This document shows, one piece after another, positions 40,956-51,966 of a stretch of DNA of 64,000 bases (positions are counted from its first letter, which is position 1; every line of letters starts with the position of its first letter). Both the position numbers and the translations under genes were made by a program. The notes below the pieces were generated by a model that had not been told where the DNA came from, did no database searches, and saw only the letters and a list, made by a program, of their open reading frames with translations. Source of the stretch: Methanocaldococcus sp. 28A (GTDB lineage: Archaea; AGJL01; Methanococci; Methanococcales; Methanocaldococcaceae); the NCBI GenBank assembly GCA_049852185.1, contig CP187540.1; one strand, written 5' to 3'.

Positions 40956-42114
40956 GTTTTAGATAAAAAAAGATACACTTTAAATATTCAAGATTTTTAT
41001 TTCCTATTGATATTGGATGGTCTGGAGCTTGCCCTTTATAATCAATCATAATTAACTCTTTTTTTGCTCTAAAAGCTGATGATATAACTGTTCTTTTAAA
41101 CATCTCCTTATCTACATGATGAGAGCAAGAACAAGATACAAATATCCTTTTAGCTAATTTTATTCCTAAATAATTTAGAGAGGCATAAGCCCTCAAAGCA
41201 TTTTTTATATCTTCTTCAGTTTGTGTAAATGCTGGAGGGTCTAAAATTACTATATCAAATTTCTCTCCATCTTCTATAAACTCTTCCATAACTTTAAAGG
41301 CATTCCCTTCAATAAACTCATACCTATCTTTTGGAATATTGTTTAGTTCCATATTTTCTTCAGCTGTTTTTAGTGCCTTTTTAGATAAATCTACTCCTAC
41401 AACCTCAGCTCCTTTTATAGCACAATGAACTGAAAATCCTCCAGTATAACAGCAAATATCTAAAACTTTATCTCTTTCTTTCACAAATTTCTCTATCTCC
41501 AATCTATTTTCTCTCTGGTCTAAAAAAAATCCTGTTTTATGCCCCTTAACATTTACTTTAAATTTAACTTCTCCCTCTTTAATAATTGTTTCAAATTTCT
41601 CTTTATTTCCAAAAATTTTATTTTTAAGAGGAGCTCCTTTCTTTCCTCTCTTTACATATATTGTTTCTAAGTCAGATAATTCAAATAAAATATCAACAAT
41701 ATCCTTTAAGTATACCTTTTCAATAAGCTTTGACATCAACTGCATAGCCCCTATCTCATTATATTTATCAAATATTATTGTTGGTAGTTCATCCCCTTCA
41801 GCATAAATCCATCTGTAAGTGTTTTTATAATTTAAAATATCTTCTCTATAAATTTTTGCATTAAATATTCTTTTGTAGAAGAAATCATAATCAATTTCTT
41901 CATTTTCAGTGGTTAAAATCTTTAAAATTACTGATTTTGGATTGTATAAAGCCTTAGCAACAAATTTTCCATTATATGTAAGAATAACTATCTCCTCTTT
42001 TTCTGGTAAATCTTCTTTGTTTTTTATTGCTTTAGTATATACCAATCTTGAAAAATTTTTTATTGAATTATATGCCCTCTTATCAATCTCTAATTTAATC
42101 ATTAGTTCCACCAA
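40951..42114 (-). CDS. PUA-domain RlmI-like SAM-dependent rRNA methyltransferase
   Basis: GHKTGFFLDQRENR, CYTGGF, DPPAF, SCSHH. Confidence 0.92.
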   Translation of the reverse strand: MVELMIKLEIDKRAYNSIKNFSRLVYTKAIKNKEDLPEKEEIVILTYNGKFVAKALYNPKSVILKILTTENEEIDYDFFYKRIFNAKIYREDILNYKNTYRWIYAEGDELPTIIFDKYNEIGAMQLMSKLIEKVYLKDIVDILFELSDLETIYVKRGKKGAPLKNKIFGNKEKFETIIKEGEVKFKVNVKGHKTGFFLDQRENRLEIEKFVKERDKVLDICCYTGGFSVHCAIKGAEVVGVDLSKKALKTAEENMELNNIPKDRYEFIEGNAFKVMEEFIEDGEKFDIVILDPPAFTQTEEDIKNALRAYASLNYLGIKLAKRIFVSCSCSHHVDKEMFKRTVISSAFRAKKELIMIDYKGQAPDHPISIGNKNLEYLKCIFFYLKP

Positions 42115-42119
42115 ACCAT

Positions 42120-43229
42120 TTATTGTTTATTCTTATCTTCTACTTTATTTACTAAATATGGAACTTCATCTTTTTTAAATATCTTAACTTTATCCCCCTC
42201 TTTAATCTCTACATCTTCAATATTATCAAACTCATAAACTTCATAGCTTTTATCATCCATAACCATAATGTTTGGTGTAGTTGCTATAACTGTTGCTGTA
42301 TCTAATTCATCATTCTTTTTTGCCATTTTTGTTTCCTTCTCTGCAATATGCCAAGCTAATCCGATTTTTTCTCTTTTATAATCGATAGATTTCATATAAA
42401 CCTTATCTTCAGTTATTGCAGTAACCAAGTAGTATTTATCTTTATACTCTACAACATCTCCAACTTTATATTCAGGAATCCTTACAGAAACTGTAACTCT
42501 ATAAAGCTCTTTTCCACTATCTCTATCAACTCCAACTAATGTTGCAGTCTCTGTAATCTTTCCTCCATATCTTTCTTTAATTTTTTGAGCAACATTTCTT
42601 GCAGCTCCAACTGAACCTATCTGATAGTCTAATCCCTCTTTTTGTGGAATGAATTTTGCTATGAATGCCATTCTGTCTTTTTTTAGTCTTTTAGCTAACT
42701 CTTCTCTAACAAAGTTATCTAACTCTTCTCTTTCTTCTTTAGTTAAATATCTATTCATTGCTCTAACTTGTAATGTTGCTTCGTAATAGTTAGACATAAA
42801 TCTTGAACATCTTGGACATTGAACCATCCTTAAATGCACTTCAATATCTTTTTCATAAATTCTATCTTCTTTCTCTCCTGGCAATCTTCCCTTAGCTACA
42901 ATATGAACTGGAATAATTAACTTACTTCTCTTTCCTCCAGGAAGTTGGGTAACTTTAGGGTAAATTTCAACATCTACCATAACACTTTTCTTTTTAATAG
43001 CATCTTTTGTTGCGTAATATGCAATTTCATTTAATATCTCAAATGCTTCTTCACTCTTAGGTGTTTGCCATATCTTTCTTTTGTAAGAACCACACATATG
43101 GCAAACTTCTATCTCAACTCTCTCTGGAACTTCAATTAATGGATGTTCTTGAGCATAGCAAACAGGACAAAGCCCATCTATAAGCTCATCCTCTGCCCCA
43201 CATCTGTAACAGAATCCTCTAATCTTCAT
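42120..43229 (-). CDS. NMD3 family ribosome-associated protein
   Basis: [28 protein letters not shown]. Confidence 0.9.
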   Translation of the reverse strand: MKIRGFCYRCGAEDELIDGLCPVCYAQEHPLIEVPERVEIEVCHMCGSYKRKIWQTPKSEEAFEILNEIAYYATKDAIKKKSVMVDVEIYPKVTQLPGGKRSKLIIPVHIVAKGRLPGEKEDRIYEKDIEVHLRMVQCPRCSRFMSNYYEATLQVRAMNRYLTKEEREELDNFVREELAKRLKKDRMAFIAKFIPQKEGLDYQIGSVGAARNVAQKIKERYGGKITETATLVGVDRDSGKELYRVTVSVRIPEYKVGDVVEYKDKYYLVTAITEDKVYMKSIDYKREKIGLAWHIAEKETKMAKKNDELDTATVIATTPNIMVMDDKSYEVYEFDNIEDVEIKEGDKVKIFKKDEVPYLVNKVEDKNKQ

Positions 43230-43325
43230 AATCTCACCTCGAACACAACTTATATACAATATTTTATCAATATTTTATAATTAAAATATTAATATTAAAA
43301 TTAAGTTATAATTAAAGGCGAAAAA

Positions 43326-43600
43326 ATGAATATTTCAGAAGGATTAAAATTTTCTATGAAAGATAAAGATTGGACTAAAAAAGTCCTTATTTGGGGTTAT
43401 TAAATATTGTCCCAATTGTAAATATTATAAGCATGAGATATTCATTAGAAACTAATGAAATTAATTATATATAAATGAAAATACACTTCCAGAATATCCA
43501 GAATAGGATAATTTAGTTTCTAAGTTTATAAAAGGTTTGTTGAGTGTTATAATAAGCTGTAATAAAATAAATAATAATATTAATATTTATAGCTTTGTTA
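43326..43600 (+). pseudogene. DUF4013-like membrane protein relic
   Basis: MNISEGLKFSMKDKDWTKKVLI, then frameshifted GLLNIVPIVNII. Confidence 0.55.
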
Positions 43601-43660
43601 AATGCTGATGAAAGTATTAATTCATCCTTAATAAATAATTTATTTTTTAAAGGTGGGATT

Positions 43661-44740
43661 ATGAAATTTTTCAACAGAAAGAAAGAAATTAACGAAATCC
43701 TGTCCATTTTAGAAAGAGAGCCTGATGATATTTACTTTGTATTTGGACCTATAAACAGTGGAAAGACAGCATTAATTAATGAAATAATAACTAACAGGTT
43801 AGATAAAAATAAGTATGTAGTATTTTACTTTGATTTGAGAGAGATATTTTTATCGAAGTATGAAAACTTTATAGAGGTTTTGTTTGAATAATACAGTGAA
43901 GATAAAAAACCATTAGATTTAATCAAAAGGATTATTAAAGATATTCCAGTTGTTAGTGGTATTCCAGTGCCAAAGAATACCTTAAACGAACTATTGAATA
44001 AAAAAACTACTAAAAATGTTTTTAAATATATAACAAATATTTTATTGGAGTTAAAAAAGCAAGGAAAGCAACCAGTTATAATTATTGACGAATTACAAAA
44101 AATTGGAGATTTAAAAATAAATGGGTTTCTAATTTATGAACTTTTTAACTATTTTATTTCTTTAACTAAACATAAACACCTATGCCATGTTTTTTGCATC
44201 TCATCAGATAGTTTATTTATAGAGAAGGTTTATCATGAGGCCATGCTTACTGGTAGAGCAAAATACCTATTAGTTGATGATTTTGATAAAGAAACTGCCT
44301 TAAAGTTTATTGACTTCTTAGCTAATGATATATTAAATAAAAATCTTTCTAATGAAGAAAAAGAATTAATTTATTCTTATGTTGGTGGAAAACCAAAGGA
44401 TATAAAATATGTCGTTGGGGAGAGTAAGTTTAAAAATTTAAAAGAGATTTTGGACTTGAGGATAAAAGAAGAAATTCAAAAACTAAAAAACTTTATAAAA
44501 GATTTAAATTATGTAAAACCAAAAATAAAAATTGAAACTGAAGTTATAGAAATTAAAAAAGAAGAAATAATAAATGCTTTAAAATTGTTTAAAAATAATT
44601 ATGAAATTAGTGATGATTCAATAGATAAGCCAATTTATATTTATTTGGTTAAAAAGAACATTTTATTTTTAAATCCTATTGATGGGACTTTAAAACCACA
44701 GAGTTATTTAGTTTGGAACGCTATAAAGAGAATTTTATAA
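43661..44740 (+). pseudogene. MJ-type archaeal ATPase with an in-frame TAA at 43889-43891
   Basis: [38 protein letters not shown]; the two ORFs are in the same frame. Confidence 0.88.
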
Positions 44741-44864
44741 AAGACATAATTAATACGCAATGATAAAAGTCTTTTAACTAAGAATGACATTGAAAAGTTT
44801 GAGAAAAGGCATGAGACGTTTAGAAGATGATAAAAAATTTTATATATTTAAGTTGAAAAAATAA

Positions 44865-45626
44865 TTAATTAATAATCTTAATCTCATCCAAATAATCAAC
44901 ACCTAACAACTTTGAAGCGTTGTCCATAAACTTAGATATCTCTAAGAATCCTTCACTATTTATTAAACATATAAAGTTATTTCCCCCTTCAAAGTATGAT
45001 TTAACAAACTTACATTTAATTACTTTATCTCCATTTTTTGTTTTTATTTTAATTAAAACCTCATCATAAATATCAAAATCTATTTCATCAGCTCTAATAT
45101 TGGTTATTATATTTCCAAATCTATCTATGTGTATAACTCTCTTTTTTTCAGTATTTAATTTAACTATATCACTTAGCTCCTCTCCATCATAGCTGTTATT
45201 AATTAAAATTTCAGCCCCTACAACGGCATACACATCTCTCCCATGAAATGTTGAAGATGGTTTATATTTGCTCTCATCAATTTTAATAATTCTTTTTATT
45301 CCTAATTTTTCAGACACATAAGTGAATAATCCATTATCAGGCCCAACTAAATAATGTCCATTTTTTGTTTCAATAACGATTGAATTCCTTTCACTACCAA
45401 CTGTTGGGTCTATAACTGCAACATGAACTGATGGTGGAAAATATGGAATAGCAGTTAGTAATATATAAGCCCCATGATAGATATTGAACGGTTTTATTTC
45501 ATGGCAAATATCAATTATTTTTGCGTCTTTATTATGTTTTTTTAAAATATCTAAAATCCTACCTTTTATTGCCCCAACATATCCCTCACAATTTCCAAAA
45601 TCTGTTGTTAAAGTTATTATATCCAT
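44865..45626 (-). CDS. SAM hydrolase / halogenase family protein (DUF62)
   Basis: TLTTDFG, VIDPTVGS, GPDNG, STFHGRD, DRFGN. Confidence 0.93.
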   Translation of the reverse strand: MDIITLTTDFGNCEGYVGAIKGRILDILKKHNKDAKIIDICHEIKPFNIYHGAYILLTAIPYFPPSVHVAVIDPTVGSERNSIVIETKNGHYLVGPDNGLFTYVSEKLGIKRIIKIDESKYKPSSTFHGRDVYAVVGAEILINNSYDGEELSDIVKLNTEKKRVIHIDRFGNIITNIRADEIDFDIYDEVLIKIKTKNGDKVIKCKFVKSYFEGGNNFICLINSEGFLEISKFMDNASKLLGVDYLDEIKIIN

Positions 45627-45649
45627 TTTTTCACCAAAAAAGGATATTT

Positions 45650-47269
45650 TTATTTTATTTCAACTTTTGCATTTAAAAAGACCGGTCCCCTAACATCTAT
45701 AACTTTGTTTTCTCCCATTATCTGTTTTAAAGCCAACTCATCAACTTTTAAGTTTATATCACTTAAACTCCTAACTATTGGAACTCTGAACTTAAATTCA
45801 TCTACATTAGAAACTAAAGCTTCTTCAATCTTAGCAACCAATTTGTAGATAATTCCATCTATGTATCTAATGTTTGTAGAAACTCCTTCTTCCTTAGCTT
45901 TCTTTAAAATTGGGATATACTGCTCTTTAACTCCTTCATAAGTTGGAGGAATACCATAGATATTTCCATCATAGACATAAACTTCATTTAATACTGAAGG
46001 TCCTAAAAGCTTTTTATTTGGTTCATTCTCAAATATTTCAACCTTAATTACTCTTTTTACTCCATTAAAGTTAAACTCTTTTTTAACTTCAATAGAACAT
46101 GGGCTTTCCTTATCTTTGTTGGCTATACAAATATCAATAAGCTCATTGGCAAAATTATAGAGCTCATCTAATATAGGAACTTTATCTATCTTAATCATTC
46201 CAGCTATATCTCTATCACTAAGTTTATATTCATAAAATTGAGGATAAACCATTGCCCTAACATCTTCATAGCCGTAAATAATCATTGCCAATCTCTCAAC
46301 TCCCAACCCAAGGTTCATAACTGGCACATCAATGTTGTATTTGGCTAAGGCAATTGGTGAATAAACTCCAAAAGTTGCTACTTCAATCCACTCTCCTAAT
46401 TTTGGATGATATGCATAAACTTCTGTTTGAGTCTCTGGAGTATAGTATTTACTCTTTTTCTCATCTGGCTTGAACCTAAATTTTGTAAATCCAAACTGCT
46501 CTAACAATCCTTCAGCAACGATTTTTCCATCATCTATACTAACATCTTCACCAACAACAACACATGATGCGGAGTGATAAGTCATTAAATGGCTTCTATC
46601 TTCTTTTTGTTCTCTCCTAAAGCATCTATCTATAGAGAATAGCTTTAAAGGCAGTTTTCTCTTTTTTATTAGATGGCTTAAAGTTATAAACCATCCAGAA
46701 GTCATGTGACTTCTTAAAGTTAATGTTGATGCCTCAGGTTTTAAATCCTTAAATTCAGGAAATGCAGTTTCTAAAACCTTTAAACCCATCTCGTTACTTA
46801 CATTTAACGCCTTAGCCATCTCGAAAACCAAATCATCCCCATCTATAGCTCCTTTCTTATATAAGTGAAGAACTTCCCTTAAACTTTCTTTCTTTTCCTC
46901 ATCTATATCTATACCTAATTTCTTTATAATTTCAACTTTATCATTACCTAAACCTACATCAGGTCTTGGCAATCCAGCTAAGTAAAAACATCTATCTAAA
47001 ACAGCCATAGCTTCTGGCCCAAATTGCTTGTAAATCTCTAATTCATCAACAATGACTGGATTAATCATCTCTTCAAATCCCATTCTTAAATATGCCTGCC
47101 TTAATTTTTCTATTGTTTCCATTACAGGATGAGGTTTTCCATAAATTGGCTTAATTCTTGGATACTTATCATCTATATGTTTATCTTTAATTAATGCCTT
47201 AGTCTCTCTCCAAGCCTTTTCAAAATCTTTCTCCGCTAAATCTAAAACCTTTTTTATATCAAATCTCAT
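45650..47269 (-). CDS. sepS: O-phosphoserine--tRNA(Cys) ligase
   Basis: QFGPEAMAVLDRCFYL, LRSHMTSGWF, DRCFRREQ, GLGVERLAM. Confidence 0.97.
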   Translation of the reverse strand: MRFDIKKVLDLAEKDFEKAWRETKALIKDKHIDDKYPRIKPIYGKPHPVMETIEKLRQAYLRMGFEEMINPVIVDELEIYKQFGPEAMAVLDRCFYLAGLPRPDVGLGNDKVEIIKKLGIDIDEEKKESLREVLHLYKKGAIDGDDLVFEMAKALNVSNEMGLKVLETAFPEFKDLKPEASTLTLRSHMTSGWFITLSHLIKKRKLPLKLFSIDRCFRREQKEDRSHLMTYHSASCVVVGEDVSIDDGKIVAEGLLEQFGFTKFRFKPDEKKSKYYTPETQTEVYAYHPKLGEWIEVATFGVYSPIALAKYNIDVPVMNLGLGVERLAMIIYGYEDVRAMVYPQFYEYKLSDRDIAGMIKIDKVPILDELYNFANELIDICIANKDKESPCSIEVKKEFNFNGVKRVIKVEIFENEPNKKLLGPSVLNEVYVYDGNIYGIPPTYEGVKEQYIPILKKAKEEGVSTNIRYIDGIIYKLVAKIEEALVSNVDEFKFRVPIVRSLSDINLKVDELALKQIMGENKVIDVRGPVFLNAKVEIK

Positions 47270-47319
47270 TTTATCATCCCTTAATTTTAATCAATTTTAA
47301 TTACTTCTAATATTTCTCT

Positions 47320-47390
47320 GAAACTTTAATAAAGTTTCATCAAAGCTAACACCTCCGAGCATAAGCGAGGAGTTGTAAATATCCACCTTT
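47320..47390. repeat. Hairpin cassette flanked by about 48-bp direct repeats
   Basis: GAAACTTT-AAT-AAAGTTTC and CTCCGAGCATAAGCGAGGAG between two copies of TCAATTTTAATTACTTCTAATATT. Confidence 0.7.
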
Positions 47391-47402
47391 TTATTATCCC
47401 TG

Positions 47403-47725
47403 TTAGTCAATTTTAATTACTTCTAATATTCCTCTAATTGCCAACAAATCTAATTTACTTTGTGGTTTTAAAATACCTTCTTCAATATTTACAAACAAAA
47501 TGTTTTTCTTAACACTCCAGACAATCTCATCAGTTATTTTTTTATTAAAATATTTCATCATTGTTTTTAAAGTTTTCAAATAACTTAATAACTCTTCTAA
47601 ATAAATCTTTATCTTCATCCTCTAAAGAATATATTAAGTCCATTAACTGCCTTTTTCTAACTCTGAGAGATTTTTCGCAGAATTCTTTAATATCTTCTCC
47701 TAAGATTTTTTCTTGAACTACTTCA
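47403..47725 (-). pseudogene. C-terminal fragment of an MJ-type archaeal ATPase
   Basis: VKKNILFVN...LKPQSKLDLLAIR; frameshifted upstream. Confidence 0.7.
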
Positions 47726-47771
47726 TCCTATTAATTATATAAACTACTTAATTATATAAACTACGAAAGTC

Positions 47772-48128
47772 CTATTTTAAGCTAATTAAATCAGGTCTTG
47801 GCTTTTTAAATTTATATTCTTCCCTACAAATATTACAAAGCTCTCTAACTCCAATATTTATTACATCATCACTTCCTGGCAACACTCTAACAAATATCCA
47901 ATCAGCATTTATATCATAATTTTTAGCTAACTCCTCCAATTTATTTAAAATCTTCTCTTTAAATATTTCAACATCATCAATAAAAAGCCCCCTAACAGTT
48001 ATCATTATCCCTACACAAGAGCATCTTGAAGCAAAAACATCCATTTCAGAGATAAAAATTTCTCTACCTAAAAGTTTTATAAAAAACTTCTCAATCTCTT
48101 CCCTATCCTTCAAAATTTTATTTTTCAA
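47772..48128 (-). CDS. Cys-containing hypothetical protein (possibly DUF5402-like)
   Basis: EMDVFASRCSCVG, RELCNIC; overlaps the U32 stop codon. Confidence 0.65.
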   Translation of the reverse strand: MKNKILKDREEIEKFFIKLLGREIFISEMDVFASRCSCVGIMITVRGLFIDDVEIFKEKILNKLEELAKNYDINADWIFVRVLPGSDDVINIGVRELCNICREEYKFKKPRPDLISLK

Positions 48129-49123
48129 TTTTTCACCTTTAAGGCTTTCTCTGCCAAATCTTTACAGAAATTGCATTTACTACATAATTTATTACATGAT
48201 TTCCAATATTCTATAGCTCCATCCAAAGCCCTATTATCTAAATAATAAAAATGCTCTAACTCTCTTGGGCAATCCAATAATTCCATCAAATTTCCTTCCC
48301 ATTTTTCATTTAAATAAGCATTTAAGGCTCTCTTTATCCATCCAATTGGATGACTTCTTCCAGAAATTTTAAATATATCAACTAAACCTTTATAGTATTT
48401 TAAATCTTCTGGTCTTATGAAAGGGCTTTTTATTATTAGCTCTTTTTTCTTAATTCTTAAATTTATGCATTTGTTATAATAATAATCATCCAACGCAGGA
48501 ACATTTTGAGCATTTGCATGGGAAAAGAAATTGAAATGCTGAATTCTCATAGGGCATTTGTATAAGCAGGATTCATTAACTAAAATTTTTAACTTACAGC
48601 TAACATTCTCTTTAATCTCTTGTATTATATCAAAGTGCCTATTTATTGAGCTGTCTAAGGTTATTGCATAAACCTCTTTTTCATCCCAAAATAGGGCTTT
48701 ATCTAAACTATCAACTAAGGCAATACATGAGACATTAACATCCAATCCATTACTTTTTGCCAAATCAATTAAATAAGGGTCTGATAAGGCAACACTATCA
48801 ACATCTATGTTTTTTAATTGGCTAAATATCCAATTTATATAACTGATACCTTTTAGTGTTAAGTGTATTCCACCAATGCAGGAAGCGTTTATAACTACCT
48901 CAAATCTGATGTTATTTTTCTTTGCATAATTAACTTGCTTAGCTAAATCTTCGAAATTTGGTTTGTATAAAGTTGCTCTTCCAGTTCCTATAAACTCTGG
49001 AAATCCCATATAAACTTCAAAACTTTCCTTTCTTAGCTTTTTATTTATTCTTCTATGTTTATTTATCTCATCTACAATAATTTTTAATGATTCAAAATTT
49101 CCTGGATGTGGAATAGAGAACAA
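48125..49123 (-). CDS. U32 'peptidase' family Fe-S protein
   Basis: VINASC, SDPYL, VNESCLYKCPMR, FIRPEDL, FKISGR. Confidence 0.85.
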   Translation of the reverse strand: MFSIPHPGNFESLKIIVDEINKHRRINKKLRKESFEVYMGFPEFIGTGRATLYKPNFEDLAKQVNYAKKNNIRFEVVINASCIGGIHLTLKGISYINWIFSQLKNIDVDSVALSDPYLIDLAKSNGLDVNVSCIALVDSLDKALFWDEKEVYAITLDSSINRHFDIIQEIKENVSCKLKILVNESCLYKCPMRIQHFNFFSHANAQNVPALDDYYYNKCINLRIKKKELIIKSPFIRPEDLKYYKGLVDIFKISGRSHPIGWIKRALNAYLNEKWEGNLMELLDCPRELEHFYYLDNRALDGAIEYWKSCNKLCSKCNFCKDLAEKALKVKN

Positions 49124-49260
49124 TGGTCATCACCATATAGATTATTTTGTAATTAAAAAAAGAGAAAAATTACTCCTTTTATATCATTTAAATCTCCATT
49201 TATAAATTTACATCTTCTTTGATATTTATATGTGCAAAATATTTTTGGATACCTCCAGCT

Positions 49261-49480
49261 ATAAAATCCTTTTTATAGCGTTCCAAACTAAATAACTCTG
49301 TGGCTTTAAAAAGCTTTAAATTGAATTTAAGTATAAAATATTTCTTTTAATTAAAAATTCTCTAATTTTTTATGGATTTTAGTGTCTTCAATTATGTAAT
49401 TTTAAATAAACTTATAATAATTAACAACTTCTTTATAAAGTTCTTTATTTTCCTCTTTGACATTTTCTAAAAAGTATACA
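49261..49480 (-). pseudogene. C-terminal relic of an MJ-type archaeal ATPase
   Basis: Encodes [16 protein letters not shown], nearly identical to 44690-44740. Confidence 0.75.
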
Positions 49481-49691
49481 TAGTCATGTAAAAATTACAG
49501 CGCAATATTAAACGAAATATGTGCTGGCTGTAAAGTCATACTTTAAAATACTATTCGAGTTATAAAAACTATTTCTATATTATATAGAGAATAATAAATA
49601 TAAAAATAATTTATTCGCTCAAGAATCGAACTTAGGGTTCTTAAATCTCGATTATAAAAAAATTATATACCTTATGACCAAACTCTAAAAG

Positions 49692-51854
49692 TTAAGAAGA
49701 TGTAAAAATGTAATATTGAGCATTTTGTGAGGAATATATTTTATTGGAGTGTAAAAGCATATTGAATATTTCTGGAGTTTTAATTGGCAATTCTTCTTTC
49801 TGCCCTCTACCAATAGGGATTACCATAAAATTCAGTTTTTTATTTTCAATATTCCACGATCCTAAGAACAAATAATAACCATATGATGTCTTTTTAGGTT
49901 GTACTATGTTGTTTTCTGAATTTATCAGGAGCATGTGATTGTCTACAGATTGTCCGAGTAATCCTAAAAATAAGGGAACCCTATCGAAATCAGCATAGAT
50001 TGAATTATTATTTTTGTATTCTTTTATCCACAATCCAGCCATAATCTCAGAATTAGTCCATCTCGCACATGATACTTCTTTTCCAAGATATCCAGGATAT
50101 GGTGGATCATTTGCAACTTTATATATTAAACCTGAAGTAAATACCAAATAAATTACCAAAAATACTGTGAAAAACTTTAAAATTACTTGGTTGTTTAGTT
50201 GTATTTTGGTAACTTTTTGTAAAAATCTAAAAACGGCGATATAACCAATGACCTCAAACGGGGCTAAAAAGAATAAAGTAAGCTGATAAAGTCTTGAAGC
50301 ATTTAGAGCATTTGCAAAGTATGGAACTACAATACCTGCTACATCATATGCAAACCAAACAAAAGTTAATGCAACATATTCTTTATTAATTTTTGTTTTT
50401 TTATAATTAAAGAATAACCATAAAATACCTATACCAATAAACCCTTGAGTAATTAAATAGATATACTTACCTATGTTATGTAATAGTGAGAGATGTCTAA
50501 TAATGAAGTAAAACCCTTGAGCTTTAGGTGTAAATACATCATAAATTGAGTTTAAGATAATATTTCCAGTTTGAACAATAGTATCAAACACAGAAGAGCG
50601 TGAAACTAAAATGTGATATAATAGGGTTATTATAATAAATATAATAATACATCTTCCATTAAGCAATAGTTCTTTTTTTTCTTCAGGATATAGAATTGAG
50701 TAAACAATCCATCCTATGATTAGTGATATTATAAATAGCCAGACGGTTCCATAATGGGATATAACTAAACCAAATCCAAACATTATCAGAAAAATTTTTT
50801 TTGTATTGTAATTTAAATTTCTTGTAAATATTAAAAGTATCAAAAGCATTAAATAAAGTTCAGCAATTTGTTGTCTTGCTACTGCTAACATCTCAATAAA
50901 GAATGTACTTAGAGAAATGAAAAAAAATGTTGCTAAAAAGGACTCTTTTTTTCTTAAGAAGTAGCAGTATGTTCTGTATAATCCAACTGGAACTAATGAA
51001 AATATGAGAGGATATATTATTTTGAAAACCATAATTTGACTAAGATTAAGAAAAATTGAGTATATAGGATTTAAAAGTACTACACTTAAAACAGAATTAT
51101 AATTATTTAATACTACATTTGGATCCCAATATCCATGTGTTAAAACCAAATGAGCTAAGTAGTATTCACCATTAATATCATATCCCCAAATGTAATTCCA
51201 TGATGTCCCAAAATCAGATACATAAAGTAAAGATATTGTTAAAATCCAAATAGTCCATGTTAGATATCTTGTTTTTTTACTATATATTACATATATTGGA
51301 ATAATAATAATTAACAAGAATGTTAGCATAATTAATGAAGAATCTCCAGTAATATTGAAAAAGTATGCACTACCTATTCCTAATATTGGTAGAATTAATA
51401 AACCTAAGACATACGGATTTAATATATCTTTAAATAGAATTAGATTCATATTGTTTTTATTATTAATATATGTCTTGTCCTTAAAGTATGCTAATATTAG
51501 AAATAAAATAAATGTAATGTTAAATGTAATTAAAAGTGGTATAAGAGATATTGGACGTTTAATACCAATCATTGGATAAAAAATGTCCATAAATAAACCT
51601 ATTATCATAATATACAATAAACTTAAACCTGTAGCGAAGAGTAATGCTTCAATCCTATCTATTTTATTAATTCTCAGGATTCTTAAAATGGTATATCCTG
51701 GAATAAAAGTCAAAAATAAGAATCCAGTTACCTGTCTTATTATTGGAATGTTCAATCCTATCTCATCAAGTATTATCAACCCATCAAACACTAAAAGTAA
51801 AGAAAGTGAAATTATAACAAATTTTTTAAATCCCCATTCATTTAGACTCAACAT
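49692..51854 (-). CDS. DUF2206 family polytopic membrane protein
   Basis: Many TM segments; GYDINGEYY, NSVLS, RQQIAE, SHYG, RLYQ. Confidence 0.82.
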   Translation of the reverse strand: MLSLNEWGFKKFVIISLSLLLVFDGLIILDEIGLNIPIIRQVTGFLFLTFIPGYTILRILRINKIDRIEALLFATGLSLLYIMIIGLFMDIFYPMIGIKRPISLIPLLITFNITFILFLILAYFKDKTYINNKNNMNLILFKDILNPYVLGLLILPILGIGSAYFFNITGDSSLIMLTFLLIIIIPIYVIYSKKTRYLTWTIWILTISLLYVSDFGTSWNYIWGYDINGEYYLAHLVLTHGYWDPNVVLNNYNSVLSVVLLNPIYSIFLNLSQIMVFKIIYPLIFSLVPVGLYRTYCYFLRKKESFLATFFFISLSTFFIEMLAVARQQIAELYLMLLILLIFTRNLNYNTKKIFLIMFGFGLVISHYGTVWLFIISLIIGWIVYSILYPEEKKELLLNGRCIIIFIIITLLYHILVSRSSVFDTIVQTGNIILNSIYDVFTPKAQGFYFIIRHLSLLHNIGKYIYLITQGFIGIGILWLFFNYKKTKINKEYVALTFVWFAYDVAGIVVPYFANALNASRLYQLTLFFLAPFEVIGYIAVFRFLQKVTKIQLNNQVILKFFTVFLVIYLVFTSGLIYKVANDPPYPGYLGKEVSCARWTNSEIMAGLWIKEYKNNNSIYADFDRVPLFLGLLGQSVDNHMLLINSENNIVQPKKTSYGYYLFLGSWNIENKKLNFMVIPIGRGQKEELPIKTPEIFNMLLHSNKIYSSQNAQYYIFTSS

Positions 51855-51966
51855 TAAAACCCCTCAACTATTAATATTTTTGAGATATCTTTATATAGAT
51901 TTATGATAAGTAATGATAAATAAACAGATATTAATAGTTTTGTAATAATTATGTTCTGGTGTCTGT

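Noticed and set aside
43889-43891. Possible selenocysteine or readthrough codon in the ATPase
   Set aside because: The codon is TAA, not TGA; no SECIS-like element was seen; a nonsense mutation is simpler.
3204-47269. tRNA-Cys, SepSecS and SepRS in one window as a phosphoserine-tRNA cluster
   Set aside because: They are separated by 14-27 kb of unrelated genes; no operon link.
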